DNA of 61,652 nt, counting the filler, from Choristocarpus tenellus KU-1152 (Eukaryota > Protista > Phaeophyceae): assembly GCA_964200185.2 (NCBI GenBank). It is 12 parts of 12 records of this genome, joined end to end, with 100 filler letters (N's around TTAATTAATTAA, not from the genome) between each part and the next. Parts side by side here need not be neighbours in the genome. Positions count along the whole stretch, not along the records: positions 8,418 to 18,349 come from CAXNAD020003270.1; positions 18,450 to 21,647 come from CAXNAD020021608.1; positions 21,748 to 28,074 come from CAXNAD020008385.1; 9 more parts are not named here. One strand, 5' to 3'. Position 1 is the first letter of the stretch. The number at the start of each line of letters is the position of its first letter. The translations under genes and the position numbers were made by a program. Of the stretch, positions 12,001 to 23,832 are shown piece after piece. Under the pieces are notes generated by a model. That model had not been told where the DNA came from and searched no databases. It saw only the letters and a program-made list of their open reading frames with translations.

Positions 12001-13037
12001 CTATTTATCATGGTGTCTCACCTCCTCAAGGACGACATCACCGTGGCGCTTTTTCTTCCATCCGCTCATTCTCTTGAGGAGATATCCTGCGACTACCACA
12101 AGAACATGCGAAACCTTGAGGAAAACCTCTACGTGCCACCACATTAGCCCGTCGATTATAGTAGTACATACCCAGCCGAGGGTTTCTTTTACGTGGATAA
12201 TACGGTCCTGAAAGCTCTCGAGTATTTGCATGTCAGATGCCGCAGATATCAGGCCGTTCAATGGCCATGCGGTCACCATTGATATATGCAAGGATCGTCT
12301 TCTTGGGAGTTCAGTTGGTGGTTCCTGAGTAGATGGGTCCCACGAGTTTTGGTCGTGACCTGCCACGAAGCCGGGCAGAACACCCTGTTGCACGGACGAG
12401 GCTCCGTTGTACGCCATGTTGGTGCACGTTGGTCTTACGAAAAACGGGACGAAGTCCACTCCAACGAGGTCATTGTCCTCCATGGCGAAGACGGGTGATC
12501 CCGAGATAGCCTGCGGCGACGACGAAAGTTGCTTGTCGTCCACCTTCGTGCATGTAGGTCTCCCATAGAATGGGACAAAGTACTTGTCGACGAGGCCATT
12601 CTCCTCGACGAGGATGAAGGGGGAGTGTGGAGCAGCCTGTGGCGTCACCGACAACCCCTCGTGCTCCATGTCCGTGTAGCAGGTTGGTCTTTGGTAGAAT
12701 GGAACGAAATAAAGTTCGATGAGGCCATTATTCCTGAAGGGGAGGAAGGGGGAGCGACAGAGGCGATCGCAACCGAATGACGGAGCAAATTCAGTCGTCC
12801 TCGACGAATCGGGGAATGTTCTCGTAGAGTAGGTATTTTGAGAGTCAAAATATTGTCGTCGAACTCTACTCTTAGACAAGTTTCATCTCACCGATCGAGG
12901 TCGGCGTTCACACCAAGAAGAGACCCCACCGGAGACTTGGGTTGTCGAACATCTTTGCCGATGTTTCGTTGCCTGAGAAGATTTGAGCTGAACAGGGCTA
13001 GGACAACGGTCGTGCACCCACGAATCAACCAAATCAT
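12001..13037 (-). CDS. Orphan protein with three ~42-43-aa tandem repeats (SPF...NGL+xxxFVPFYxRPTC) and hydrophobic N- and C-terminal segments
   Basis: The 292-codon open frame 12001-12879 is GC-richer than its flanks and contains 3 internal repeats. A putative first exon 13037-12892 (MIWLIRGCTTVVLALFSS...) joins in phase through a 71-nt GT-AG intron 12891-12821 (inferred). Confidence 0.6.
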
Positions 13038-13475
13038 GATGCTAGCCTAGATTGTGTCGATGTATGCGAGACGGGGGGTGGATGTGGTCTTGCTCGACAC
13101 TTACCGCTCCAACTACTCGGGATTATGCAACCATCACTCTTCGTCAAAAATCACCGATGATTCTGATTGACTATTTTAGCACCACCGAACTGTTTCATTT
13201 GTTCTTTTTAAGAGAAGGAAACCTAGAACTAGTGCAGCATGGATGCCCCCTATTATATTCTAGTTCTTGTCTTCTTGTGTATGTTACGGTTAGGGTGGTA
13301 TTATTATATTTTGATCACTTCAATGGTTGTTGAATAGTTTAACCGAGTCTCTCTACACCGGACAAACCCTCAGTTGTTCTGTTTCATATTCTTGTCCAGT
13401 TTGCTACATGAATTCCAGGAGAAGGGTACAACAATAACGCCCTATATACAAGAACGAATGTTATATATATATATA

Positions 13476-13827
13476 TATTATTATGCCCTCTAACATTTTA
13501 CGGATGGATGTGTCAAGGAAAAAGTCAACAAAAACTATTCACATGTCAGAATAAATCCTAAGAAAGTAACAGCTGTCAGAAAATGTGAAAATATGGATCT
13601 ATTCGCTATTTTAGTCCCAGTTATAATACGAAAATTGTTGGAACTAGCAGTAAGAAATGCTTCTGTGTACGAATTATGTAGCATGATTGGTAGTAAAGTA
13701 GCAAATAGATCATGTTTTTTTCACATTTATGACGAATGTTACTTTTCTAGGGTTTATTCTGACATGTGAATAGTTTTTGTTGATTTCCCTCTGACACATT
13801 TCCAAAATGTCAACAGGCATAATAATA
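13476..13827. mobile_element. Complete fold-back MITE (~350 bp, ~130-bp imperfect TIRs starting TATTATTATGCC)
   Basis: The left arm tattattatgccctctaacatttt...caacaaaaactattcacatgtcagaataaa is the reverse complement of the right arm tttattctgacatgtgaatagtttttgttg...aaaatgtcaacaggcataataata. It is inserted next to a (TA)n run. Confidence 0.85.
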
Positions 13828-15299
13828 AAAACTATGTACACAAATGGACCATCAACATACAGTATTAGTAGGAGTAGTAGAGATCTAACAGCATCCTTTT
13901 ATTGACGCCGATCTTGGACTTGCAGTCAACCGTCGAGAACAACATTGATTGCTCCAAGGACAAGGAGAAACACGGAGAGTCGAGGAGTGAAGAGTGAGTC
14001 ATCGGTGAGACGGGAGGGTACTCCAAAAGAACTCCCTTGGCTCTGGGTATCCCCGAATGAAGAGAGGCACCTCCTGTGGAACTGATCTCTTGAAAATGTC
14101 CCACTCATTCTGCCTCACAGAAGAACATCCACAAGAATTCAGGCTCCTGGCAAGAAACCTCAGATGGTATGACGGTACAAGGTATACCGCAATTAACGGT
14201 ATGATAACCATTAACCCTGCTTTTCCACATCGCCCCTGCTTTTGCTGCGCCTCAGAGTTTTGTATGCATAATTCAGGACCAACGAAAAGGTGAGCTCGGT
14301 GAGCAACATGGGAAACTGGTATATATATATATATATATATATATATCTGTTAGCATACTGTTACTGCACCATTTTACTGCACAACCGCCATTCAAATGAA
14401 ATGAAGTGCAATACGTGGAATGCATGAATATCTGATTGGGATATCGTCAACCAATTACAATGTTGGTGGTAGGTGATCAGCAGGGCAATCGACCTTGTTT
14501 TAGGTCCGAGTGTGTATAGGATCAGAGCACATCAGCCAGCTTAAATAAGAGTGAGGTTGATGGTATGTGATCAGTATAGCACCATGACTCTCGACTCTCG
14601 TACAAACAGAAGATATTCAAGAATGAGGAAATAAGGAGAACACGATTTAACACGCCAACAACTGTTCAACTAGCAATTTGTAGTCTGAACGATTATTAAC
14701 GATTGTATGTGATATTAATCAACTCACCAATGTCTAAGGGCACATGCGGGCGTTTACTTTATGAAAATGAACACTCTTGACGAGCAGACAAAATCAACGC
14801 ATACACAATATCAAAAGTGTGGGTGATGGAAGTATCTCACACACAAAAAACATCCACCAATACTGCAAAAACATAAGAAAAACTAGCAACGCAAGATAAA
14901 GAAGTCCGTAAATTGAGCATCAGTCCCTTTTCCTCACAATTTTTTTATATTTTCCATCAGAAAGCTATCCCACCATTTCTCTTCTAGCACTTAACCACAC
15001 AAACACTGTGCACAACAGTCTTGAATACCACATAATATTGCTGAGTGCTATAGTTGCCGTCTTAGTATAAATATATATCAACGAGACAAGAAGAAGAAGA
15101 AGAAGAAGAAGAAGAAGACAGAATATAGATATCAATATTTTCATTTACTAGATTGTTTACTGCTTGATCTACCATAAATCCATCTTGATTCTCTTTCCAA
15201 CGAAAACAAATAAAACAAGATTTATATATATATTATTCTACCTAGTCTATCGACGGCCTTAGTCAAATCCATGACACCCTTTGCCTTAGGGGAGGGCTC

Positions 15300-17970
15300 A
15301 ATCCAAACAGTCGGCCATGGTTGCACTCAAACGCAGACACAGTGTGTGACACAAAAAAATCCCCAGTTCAGCAAGAGACCGCACACTGTTAAAGAACACA
15401 AGCGGTTTCTCCAACGAACAAAACCTTAGTACTGTACAAACGTTTGTGCTTGATTTCCCAGATACCAAACAAAAGCCATAATACACAGTGCATCTATGTG
15501 CTCATCTCCAGCACAATTGTCACATAAACAATGAGGCTCAGACCTGGGCTAGCATTCGTGGTCACCTTCTAGACGAACTCTTCAACGAAAGCACCAATCC
15601 ACCCTCCCGGGCCAACTCATTTATCGCTTTAATACAGCAAGTGCACTTACTAACAACACAATTTATACCTATCAAGTGTCCCACCGCCAAGGGGAAAGCC
15701 CTTCACATCCCAATCACTGGTTTTGCCATACATGTTACCGTAGTCACACCTCAATGCAGCAACTACCTTTGATTAGCGACGACCACACCAAATAAATAGC
15801 TACAACTTACACGGTTCATTCAACTACGAGGTTTACAAGGAAAAGGGCTGGCAAGCACTCAGAAAACTAACACCTCATCACTGAGGGGCAGGTACCCCGA
15901 GGAAGAGATCAATCGGGGGAGGCAGTCACTGGAGCAGATATAGGGGCAAAGCAGAGCCCCTCACACTCAACCACACCTGCAGGGGGCAAGCCATTGGAAC
16001 ATGAAATCAACCGCAAAGAGCGACACTACCAAAACGGAATACCTGCAATGGATTGTGTGCCAATGTTGGATGCTCCCCCACTTGCACCACTCATGGACAC
16101 AGAGGTACCAGAGCTGAACACACCCAAGGAGATGGAGCTCGGAACAGATGAGGTAGTGTTGGGATTGCTAATTAGTAGTCCCAGCAGTACCACCTGGCTT
16201 TGCCAATTCATACAGCAAGCATGTTGTGTTCTCGAGTCCACTTATGATAAAACGTGCATCACACTTCACTCACCAGCCTTGTGGAACTTGGACATGTCAA
16301 TCAAAAGCCTACTCCTCTCTCAACCTCACCAGTAGAGGAACCAGGGTCCACTGGGCAGTGCAACAGGAGCAGGGGGGCCATCAACTGCCTTGTCTTCAAC
16401 AACGACCCTACCTACACCCCCATTGACTGTATGGGAGCGATGGACACCAGCGCTCTTCATATACTTGTGCAGAGCGATCACATTTCCACTATTACTGCTG
16501 CAATTATCAGCCTTCCCTTTTGATCCTCTCACCAGAGTTGCGCTCCCAAGAGGTGAAGTGCTGAGAGGGAACATTGGAGACTGTGGGGAGAGGATGAGAG
16601 GAGAGGTGGCGAGGTGGGTTAGGGATTTGATGTGGAACAGAACGGCATATAAGGCACAACTTTCAAAACATAAATTCATGCAACAACTTTCTATCCATAA
16701 TATCATCAATATCTCGGAGATGAAATATCAATTGCTTACTACAGAACTAGCTGATTTACTATAAATATTTTACAAAACGTAGGTCTCCTAAGTAGAGCGA
16801 ATAATAAGCATTAACAAGATGGCAAACAAATACATATATATATATATATGAATACCAGAACAATCTTGTTATTTGTTCAAATATTGCAGTGGAGGTGCAA
16901 CACTGGTCTGTATTTTGACAATGGCAACACAATATAGCACAAGACACAAATAAACAAAACAAAAACACACAATATATTATCACTACTTTGATGTTAACAT
17001 ATTGTCCTCGACAATAGCATCAATACCGCAGCGGATGGCATCTTCAGAATAAGGAGAGCTCAACAAATCAACATCAAACACGTCACATCGCCAACGGCGT
17101 TTCCAAAAAAACATCCAAACCCGGCAGCACAAGCTCCTCATCTCATCAAACCAAACAAAAGAGCAATTCACCCTTACAGTGGGATCCGAAGGCCAAAGCT
17201 TCCCCCAGCATGGTAATCTGCCTGATGTGTCATTTATCCCTCTGCTCGGCCTTCGTGCCACAATTGGGCTCTGGCGGCATGCCTACAAGGCACCAGTGGG
17301 CAAGCCTGCCAGGTATTTCCAAGCGCGCCCTAACTCACCCAACTGTACAACTGAGGCCTAGGGCCATTGGCAGCAGCAGGCGGAATTGGAGGGCTCTTCC
17401 AGAAGTGTCTAGAGTGGACCCGATCCCCTCCATGAACGATTTCACGATGAGAGACACTACTGCCGACCTCCGACTCCGCATCTTTCCAAGAGAGAGTCTG
17501 GTGGTACACAGTGGAACCAGGGTTGTAAACAAATATTATCAGTATTATGTAGCACTACAACATGGCAAGGCAGGAGACAGACTGAGGGGGAGAAAGGGGG
17601 GGAGGATGATAAAATGAAAGCACTGTAGGGGAAAAGAGTTGAACACCAATTACTGAATCAATAGTAGTATGCGGAAGTAAATAATCGTGCCACCTGGTGT
17701 ATACTCTAAAGTGGTCGTTAGATGGAAGGAAGAAGACAGATTATCAAGGGCTGCGGAGAAGGCCGAATAGCAATTGATGCAAAACATACCTCTCTAAAAA
17801 AAGACTCTTTGAACAATGTAAGAAAGGACAGTTGGAAAAACAACAGTTGTCGTGAATGCAACAGATACCTCTCTGAAAAATAATTACTATTTAGACAATA
17901 CAACAATGCTCCCTTGAAGGTTGGTAACCGCGAAGTCATGTATACACTACTACTACTACTACTACTATTA
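15300..17970 (+). mobile_element. Highly degenerate non-LTR retrotransposon (LINE)-like remnants
   Basis: Broken A/C-rich frames; the 3' fragment ...GEGRIAIDAK...SCRECNR resembles the LINE ORF2 C-terminal RLAIE...CxxC region and is followed by a (TAC)n tail at ~17946-17968. No RT core was seen. Confidence 0.35.
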
Positions 17971-18009
17971 TGTTTCTAACCTAGATTAGCCCTGCTAAGG
18001 TGGGCGAGG

Positions 18010-18130
18010 AGCAGGGAAAGCATCCCAAGAATTTGACAGACCCGTTGTAGCCCACCTGCTTGATGTCTCCAGCTTGAAACCCACGACACATCTCGAGAGA
18101 GTCAATTGTGCACTGACTGACATCATCAAC
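18010..18130 (-). mobile_element. Possible tRNA-derived SINE head
   Basis: Minus strand gttgatgatgtcagtcagtgcacaattgactctc...cgtgggtttcaag is loosely A-box/B-box-like and resembles gttgatggtatgtgatcagtatagcaccatgactctc at ~14556-14600. Confidence 0.25.
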
Positions 18131-20484
18131 TACTTGGTTGGACCAGTAGTTTTCCCTCTAGGTTTGTCATTCTTGTCCCTTTTTTCTTGTACTTGGTTCT
18201 TTGCTTGGTGGCTTCATCCATTAGACTGTTGGCACAAGTACCACTTTCGTGAGACAGATTCCAATCAGTCGTGGGGGGTGTCAGAAACACCAGTTAACAG
18301 GGGAATTTCAAAATTGAGGAAGGCGCGGGACTATGAGGATGGTTTTTTTNNNNNNNNNNNNNNNNNNNNNNNNNNNNNNNNNNNNNNNNNNNNTTAATTA
18401 ATTAANNNNNNNNNNNNNNNNNNNNNNNNNNNNNNNNNNNNNNNNNNNNTATTCGCGTGTAACAAACGTTTGCACTTCGTTGAAATACAAGAAGAAAAGC
18501 TCGCGCTATTCGCCTGTAACATTAATGCCTCTGTACCATGCACCTTGACTTCCAATCTCGATATGTGTGATTTACACATGATTGACTGGTACATACACCA
18601 CATAAACATATGGTAGGCGGAAGGAGATTGCATGAATTACCTTGCCCAACCTGCCCATCAGTGTTGGCGTGGATACAGATTATCGGTGTTATGCACTTCT
18701 GTATGTCACACCTCCTATCTTCAACTGATTGCCTTTTGTCCCTTTTTATATTCAAGGCCACACTTGCTTCAGTTAGTCTATTGTTGCGTGTGTGTGCCTG
18801 TTTGTGATGAGGGTGTACCCACACAGTACAGGGTTGAGGTAGACTATAGGGTGGCATCCTGCCTGAAGCCCACGTCAGTGTTCTTATTTTCAATGCATCA
18901 ATTAAATTTCAAAATATTTAGCCCTCTTTTCCATAGACACTACACGAAAACACACTTACATCTATCGCCTTACTTGTCCTTCTCTGCCCTTGTATATACA
19001 TGCAAGTGTTGGTTAGGGGAGGGGGGCTGTTTGGTGTGTTTGTGCTGCATCAGCAGCTCTGAGGTAACAAGAGTGGTGTACCTAGGATATTTCATTATTA
19101 GTTAATTGTACGTACAGCTGTGGTACGTTTGTCAGACTTACAGAGATAATCTAAAAAATTTCTTGCAAACACGTAATTGTTCTGGCAGGCACTTCTCACT
19201 TGCTTGAGTCCAGTTTTGCTAGCCCTCTGCTTCTCTGTAACCCCAGAAAAAATTGTGATTGACGATCCTTTGTTTCTACTACTATTACTACTACTGCGCT
19301 CTTCCTACGATAATATACTTCCTATGTCCAATTCTTCGCAGCATGTCCAATTAATGAATAGTCCGGACTATGTGGGTAGGGATATCTGTTTCAAAGAGGG
19401 AGACTTCCACATACATTACGGTTGTAGGCATGTTCATCTTTGTGTTTTTTTAAAAGCGTTTTTGGAAATGCACTTTCTCTATCCTATAGCTATTCCTTCT
19501 CCTCATTCCTTTCGCACAACTTGGCTCAGTATAGAGGATATGTGCGTGTAGGGTCTTGCATGATATAATGTCCAATTTCTTCATCCTGCTCTATTTTACC
19601 ATCTGTTGTATCAAAATTTGTGACACGTATGCACATCCTTATACTACTTCTGTGTAAAACACAGCATGGTGTATGCTTGCAAGGGAGTTGGTGATGTGCT
19701 AGCCAGATGGCAGGTATCATGGACCATTGATCCTCTGCGATCTCTTTTCCTTTTTTTGTGGGAGACCGAAATCATCTTTCGGGGCATGTGTAACAAGGCA
19801 ATGCTGCCGCTCACGCTTTACTGCCGTTCAGTCGATTGTCGCAGTTGGGTTAATACTCTGATGATGGATCATGTGTTTCTCAAATAAACCCGTTTTTGTT
19901 TTCGAGCGTAGTTAAGCCCATCTCATCTGCAAACTTGTACGTCCACCCATTATACATGTAATCTATGTGTGCATGATAATTTTTCATGTACATATCTCGA
20001 TCCTGTGTGTGTGTGTATCTCTGTGGGTGAAGAAATGTACAGCCCTGTTGTAGCAGGTTATTATGTTCTACCGAGAGATTCTGTTTCCAAAGAAGCCCAA
20101 TGTTGTCTTCAGTATACTGCTGCTATAAATGATTGTATGCTCCTGCTTAGGTATTAGAGGTACGTCTCACATGTTGCTTCCTCTTTCCATACCAGCATGA
20201 TATTTTCAATACAATACGGGAATGTGCAATATCCTATAGGCTTACTATGCAACGTTTAGTTAGGTCGATATAATTTTTGTGTAGCAGAACGTAGAACAAT
20301 ATGTAGTTACGACAGTTGAAAAACAGAAACAGCCAGCTGGAGATAACGGGGATGATGCAATGTAAGGGATTAGATGAAAAAGTTCGCAACAGGCTAAGTA
20401 TCCTAGAAATCTTGTGAAAAGACTTCAGGACTCCGCTCCAAGAGGTCTAGTGGTCGGTTCACGTATCTGAACACCCTGTTTCCC

Positions 20485-21229
20485 TTATCCTTTCCTGCCT
20501 TCCCTCTCCTCCCCTCGAATCTGCATCAAGCGCGCGAAATTGCTGTAGTCTCCAACGGCAAGCAACACTTGTAGTAGTTTTTCTGCTCGTACGCTCTTGT
20601 CGCAGCAGGCTCTTACATATCTGAACATATCCTCAGATGACGCGAACCCTTCTCGTTGGCGAAAGGTCTCCAACCTGCTCTCAAGGATGCCCTCGAATTC
20701 CTACCCGACCAACGTGGAAGGAGTATATAATATGCATACAGGTAATTGGTACGTAAGGGGGAGAAGGAGGAGCGTATGAAAGAAGCGTTATGCTGGAGAT
20801 TGCACAAAGTTGTATTGTTTTCCTCCCGGTTTATATATGCTTTGAAATAAATCTGCCTTGATCGCCAAGCAAACAAGAAGAGCCACCTCATCACTCGAAT
20901 CAAAAGCACTCTAAAAGTTTCGCTCTGTGCTGAGACAATTACAGTCCATATTCTCGTGTTGGCACAAACAATCAATATAATGGAGTGCTCTGTAACACAC
21001 CCAAAAATATTCAAGTACTATACTGTATTTGGAGTAAGACAGCAATGAACTTCTTTTGGGGTCTTGCCTGGTGGAGTTCCGTAAGCTCCAGCGAGTGATC
21101 TCCTCCGTCTGTAAGATTCTTAAACTTCGGACAGTGCAATTCGAAAAAAATTTCGAGGTCATCCCTCAAGCAGTTCAACGAGAAACGCACTAGCCTCTCT
21201 AAGACTTCGTTGTCAGATCTGGCAAGCAT
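20485..21229 (-). CDS. BART-domain protein (ARL2/ARL3-binding; ARL2BP/CFAP36-like), 125 aa, 2 exons
   Basis: Exons 21229-21068 and 20700-20485 give ...FFELHCPKF...HSLELTELHQ|EFEGILESRLETF...G...LLQVLLAVGDYSNFARLM, matching the BART pattern. The intron is GC-AG. Confidence 0.85.
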
Positions 21230-21526
21230 AATGAAATGCTCTTTAAGGGTGGGTAGGTTGGGCGACGGTTACAGAGATTTGTTCCAAAGTTTCGAAGGAA
21301 GGGAAAGGCTGGGGGTGAGAAACAAGTGCATTTGAATGACTGCTGTAGTAGGTCATGCGTGAGTGATACGAAGGTGATGACAGAAATGGCAGCAGGGGTC
21401 CAGTCAAATGCATCCCATTGGCTACTCATTATATAGCATGTATATACTTACATGCCCTATTGGTCTAAATATTTTTACTTTGGAGGTACTTTACCCCCTA
21501 AGCATCGTTGTCCTTGATCTTCGGGT

Positions 21527-21647
21527 GAGTCAAACTATCTTAGAGGGTAGGGCCGCGTCCATTTGGGGGCCAAAATCCAATGTTGTGATTTCCATGTAAT
21601 TTTATCTGTCGTATTTGTTAGGAAGTGTCAGTATCCTTGTTCCGGAC
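21527..21647 (+). mobile_element. Sola2-like MITE subfamily A, truncated by contig end
   Basis: gagtcaaactatcttagagggtagggccgcgtccatttgg... matches the first half of 2952-3210. Confidence 0.85.
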
Positions 21648-22572
21648 NNNNNNNNNNNNNNNNNNNNNNNNNNNNNNNNNNNNNNNNNNNNTTAATTAAT
21701 TAANNNNNNNNNNNNNNNNNNNNNNNNNNNNNNNNNNNNNNNNNNNNAGCTCGGTAAACACGATTGAGTTGGGCGGTAAGCCGTGTAAGTCCATGGCCTG
21801 GGGGGGGGGGGGGGTAAAATGGGTATGCACACATCCATGTAGTACAAACAGGTTACAATCGTCCGCATTGGTAGGTGATGTAATTCTTATGTTGTACCCT
21901 TTGTATTGAGTACATGCTGAGTGAAACGAAAGTTGTGAATGAGAAATTCTCACAACCCATGAGACATCACCTACTCAGAATGTATAGACAAGTGAAGGCC
22001 ATGGTCTCAGCCAAAAAGCTTTTACCTGGTTCTCTCTAGTCACCCTGCTAAACCTAGTGTTGAGAAGTCTTACCTGGGGCATGCTCCCCCTCAGTAAAAG
22101 TTTGCAATTACACACATGGATGCTGCAGCAAAGCCATTCTTAGAAATGCCATTGGCATAATTCACACCCAACCTTTCTTGCCGCCTGAAATACTTCAAAA
22201 TGATTGATAATGGTGTTTTTCCCCTCAACATGTTTTATATCCATTGATAGAACACACCAATGACCTCAACTGAGAAAAACATTTTGCTCATTGCTGGTCT
22301 TCCTTCATATCCCTTTGAGTAATGCACAACGAACAAATACTCCAAGAGGTTGAACAATTAAAGCCCCCACCATCCTTCCTCACATGGGCCCACAATGTGG
22401 GCAGGGCAACAGAACAAGGACAGTACCCCCCAACCCCCTGGCTCTGCCCTCAGCTGCATCTAGGTGATTAATGTGCCATCCCCTTCACGCCTTCCTGTTT
22501 CTGCAGTAACCCTGTAAGAATAAGTATCAAAGGCAATGGATTGAGAAGGGTGGTGGTGGGGTATGTTTTCAC

Positions 22573-23454
22573 CTTGAGATAGTGCACAGCACCCTCCCAG
22601 TCGCTAACCTTAGCGCAAGCATTCGTCAGTCCCATAAATGTGAACTCGTTTGGGCGATGTCCCTCGTCCAGCAAAAATTGGAAGAGATCTTCCGCCCGCT
22701 GTCTCTCCCTCCCATTCGCACAAGCGTTTATCGCGTTGTTGTACGATACCAACTTTGGCTCTACACCCTGCCGCGGCATGTCCTTGAGCAATGCGAGGGC
22801 CTCCTCCCACATCCCTTTCCGCGCATAGGCAGCCAGCTGTGAGTCCAAGTCTAGTCGCTTCCGTGAGACGCGGGGAGATGGTGGCATCCCTGGAGGTTGC
22901 CCCTCCCATCCGTACCTTCTTCCTTGAGGAGCAGCCGACCCTCGTGAAGGTAAAGTCCCAGACCCACCCTCACACGTATATGTCCCCAAGCTTTTTCCAA
23001 TGTCAAAGTCTGCATCTCCATCCACCTGTTGCTCTTTTCCTACTGCTTGTGCGGAAAGGACGACTAATAATCGCCTTTCCCCAACTGAAGGCCGCCCGCA
23101 TCCGCACTGCCAGGGTCTCCAATGGGCTTTAACGCCGCACCCCCACACACAACCTTCTATGGCAAGAAAGTAAGGGCAATATGTTCGACCTTGCAACGCT
23201 GCCGACGGTGGAGATCTTCGTCCTGATTCACTATGGAATGACCCAGGCGGCAATGACCCATGTACCTGGAAAGCTACTCCTTTTTCCAGTCCCCCAAGGA
23301 CCAGGGCAGTCACTATTCCTGTCAACATCACCAACCATCGATATCGTCCACGCCCATGATCTACACGCAACGCTTCCCTGGAGTCGAGTAGAAGCAGGCA
23401 GCGAGGATGTCTTGCTGGCAAATAGACCTTGCCCTCAGTCAAACTCTCCCTCAT
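22573..23454 (-). CDS. Pentatricopeptide repeat (PPR) protein, first exon; likely organelle (plastid) targeted; the rest is unresolved
   Basis: Three PPR motifs: QLAAYARKGMWEEALALLKDMPRQGVEP, LVSYNNAINACANGRERQRAEDLFQFLLDEGHRP, EFTFMGLTNACAKVSDWEGA. Donor aag|gtgaaa at 22572. Hydrophobic MLTGIVTALVLGGLEKGVA|F segment. Confidence 0.85.
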
Positions 23455-23832
23455 GAATGCCACCTTTCAATTGCGACCATTCACTGACAACAGCAAACAA
23501 CTATCACGTCCACAAGACAATTCGCAATTCTGTAGACCTCAACTCGCATAACTCAGGCATAGGAGGTGCAAGTTGATGTGCAAATCCATAACTCCCTATT
23601 CAAGTTCATTATTGTTAGTCAGTTCGGTATCCTCTTCCTTCACTGTTGACACTTGTACATACCGCCATACCCTATAATATCAACACTAGAGATGTCATAT
23701 ACCCTAACCCTAAAACTGACAACAAAAGATCCTTTTTATCGTATCTTCAGGTTTCCTCTCGAAGTGATACACAACTACATACACATACACACTACCAGGT
23801 TCTCGTATATTGGACTCAACAGGAGCTCGAAT
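23455..23832. promoter_or_regulatory. Probable bidirectional promoter region between the divergent PPR and Tctex genes
   Basis: The two start codons are head-to-head about 380 bp apart within one contig; no specific motif was identified. Confidence 0.5.

Noticed and set aside
14440-14620. tRNA gene
   Set aside because: No complete cloverleaf or intact T-arm; at most a SINE-like relic.
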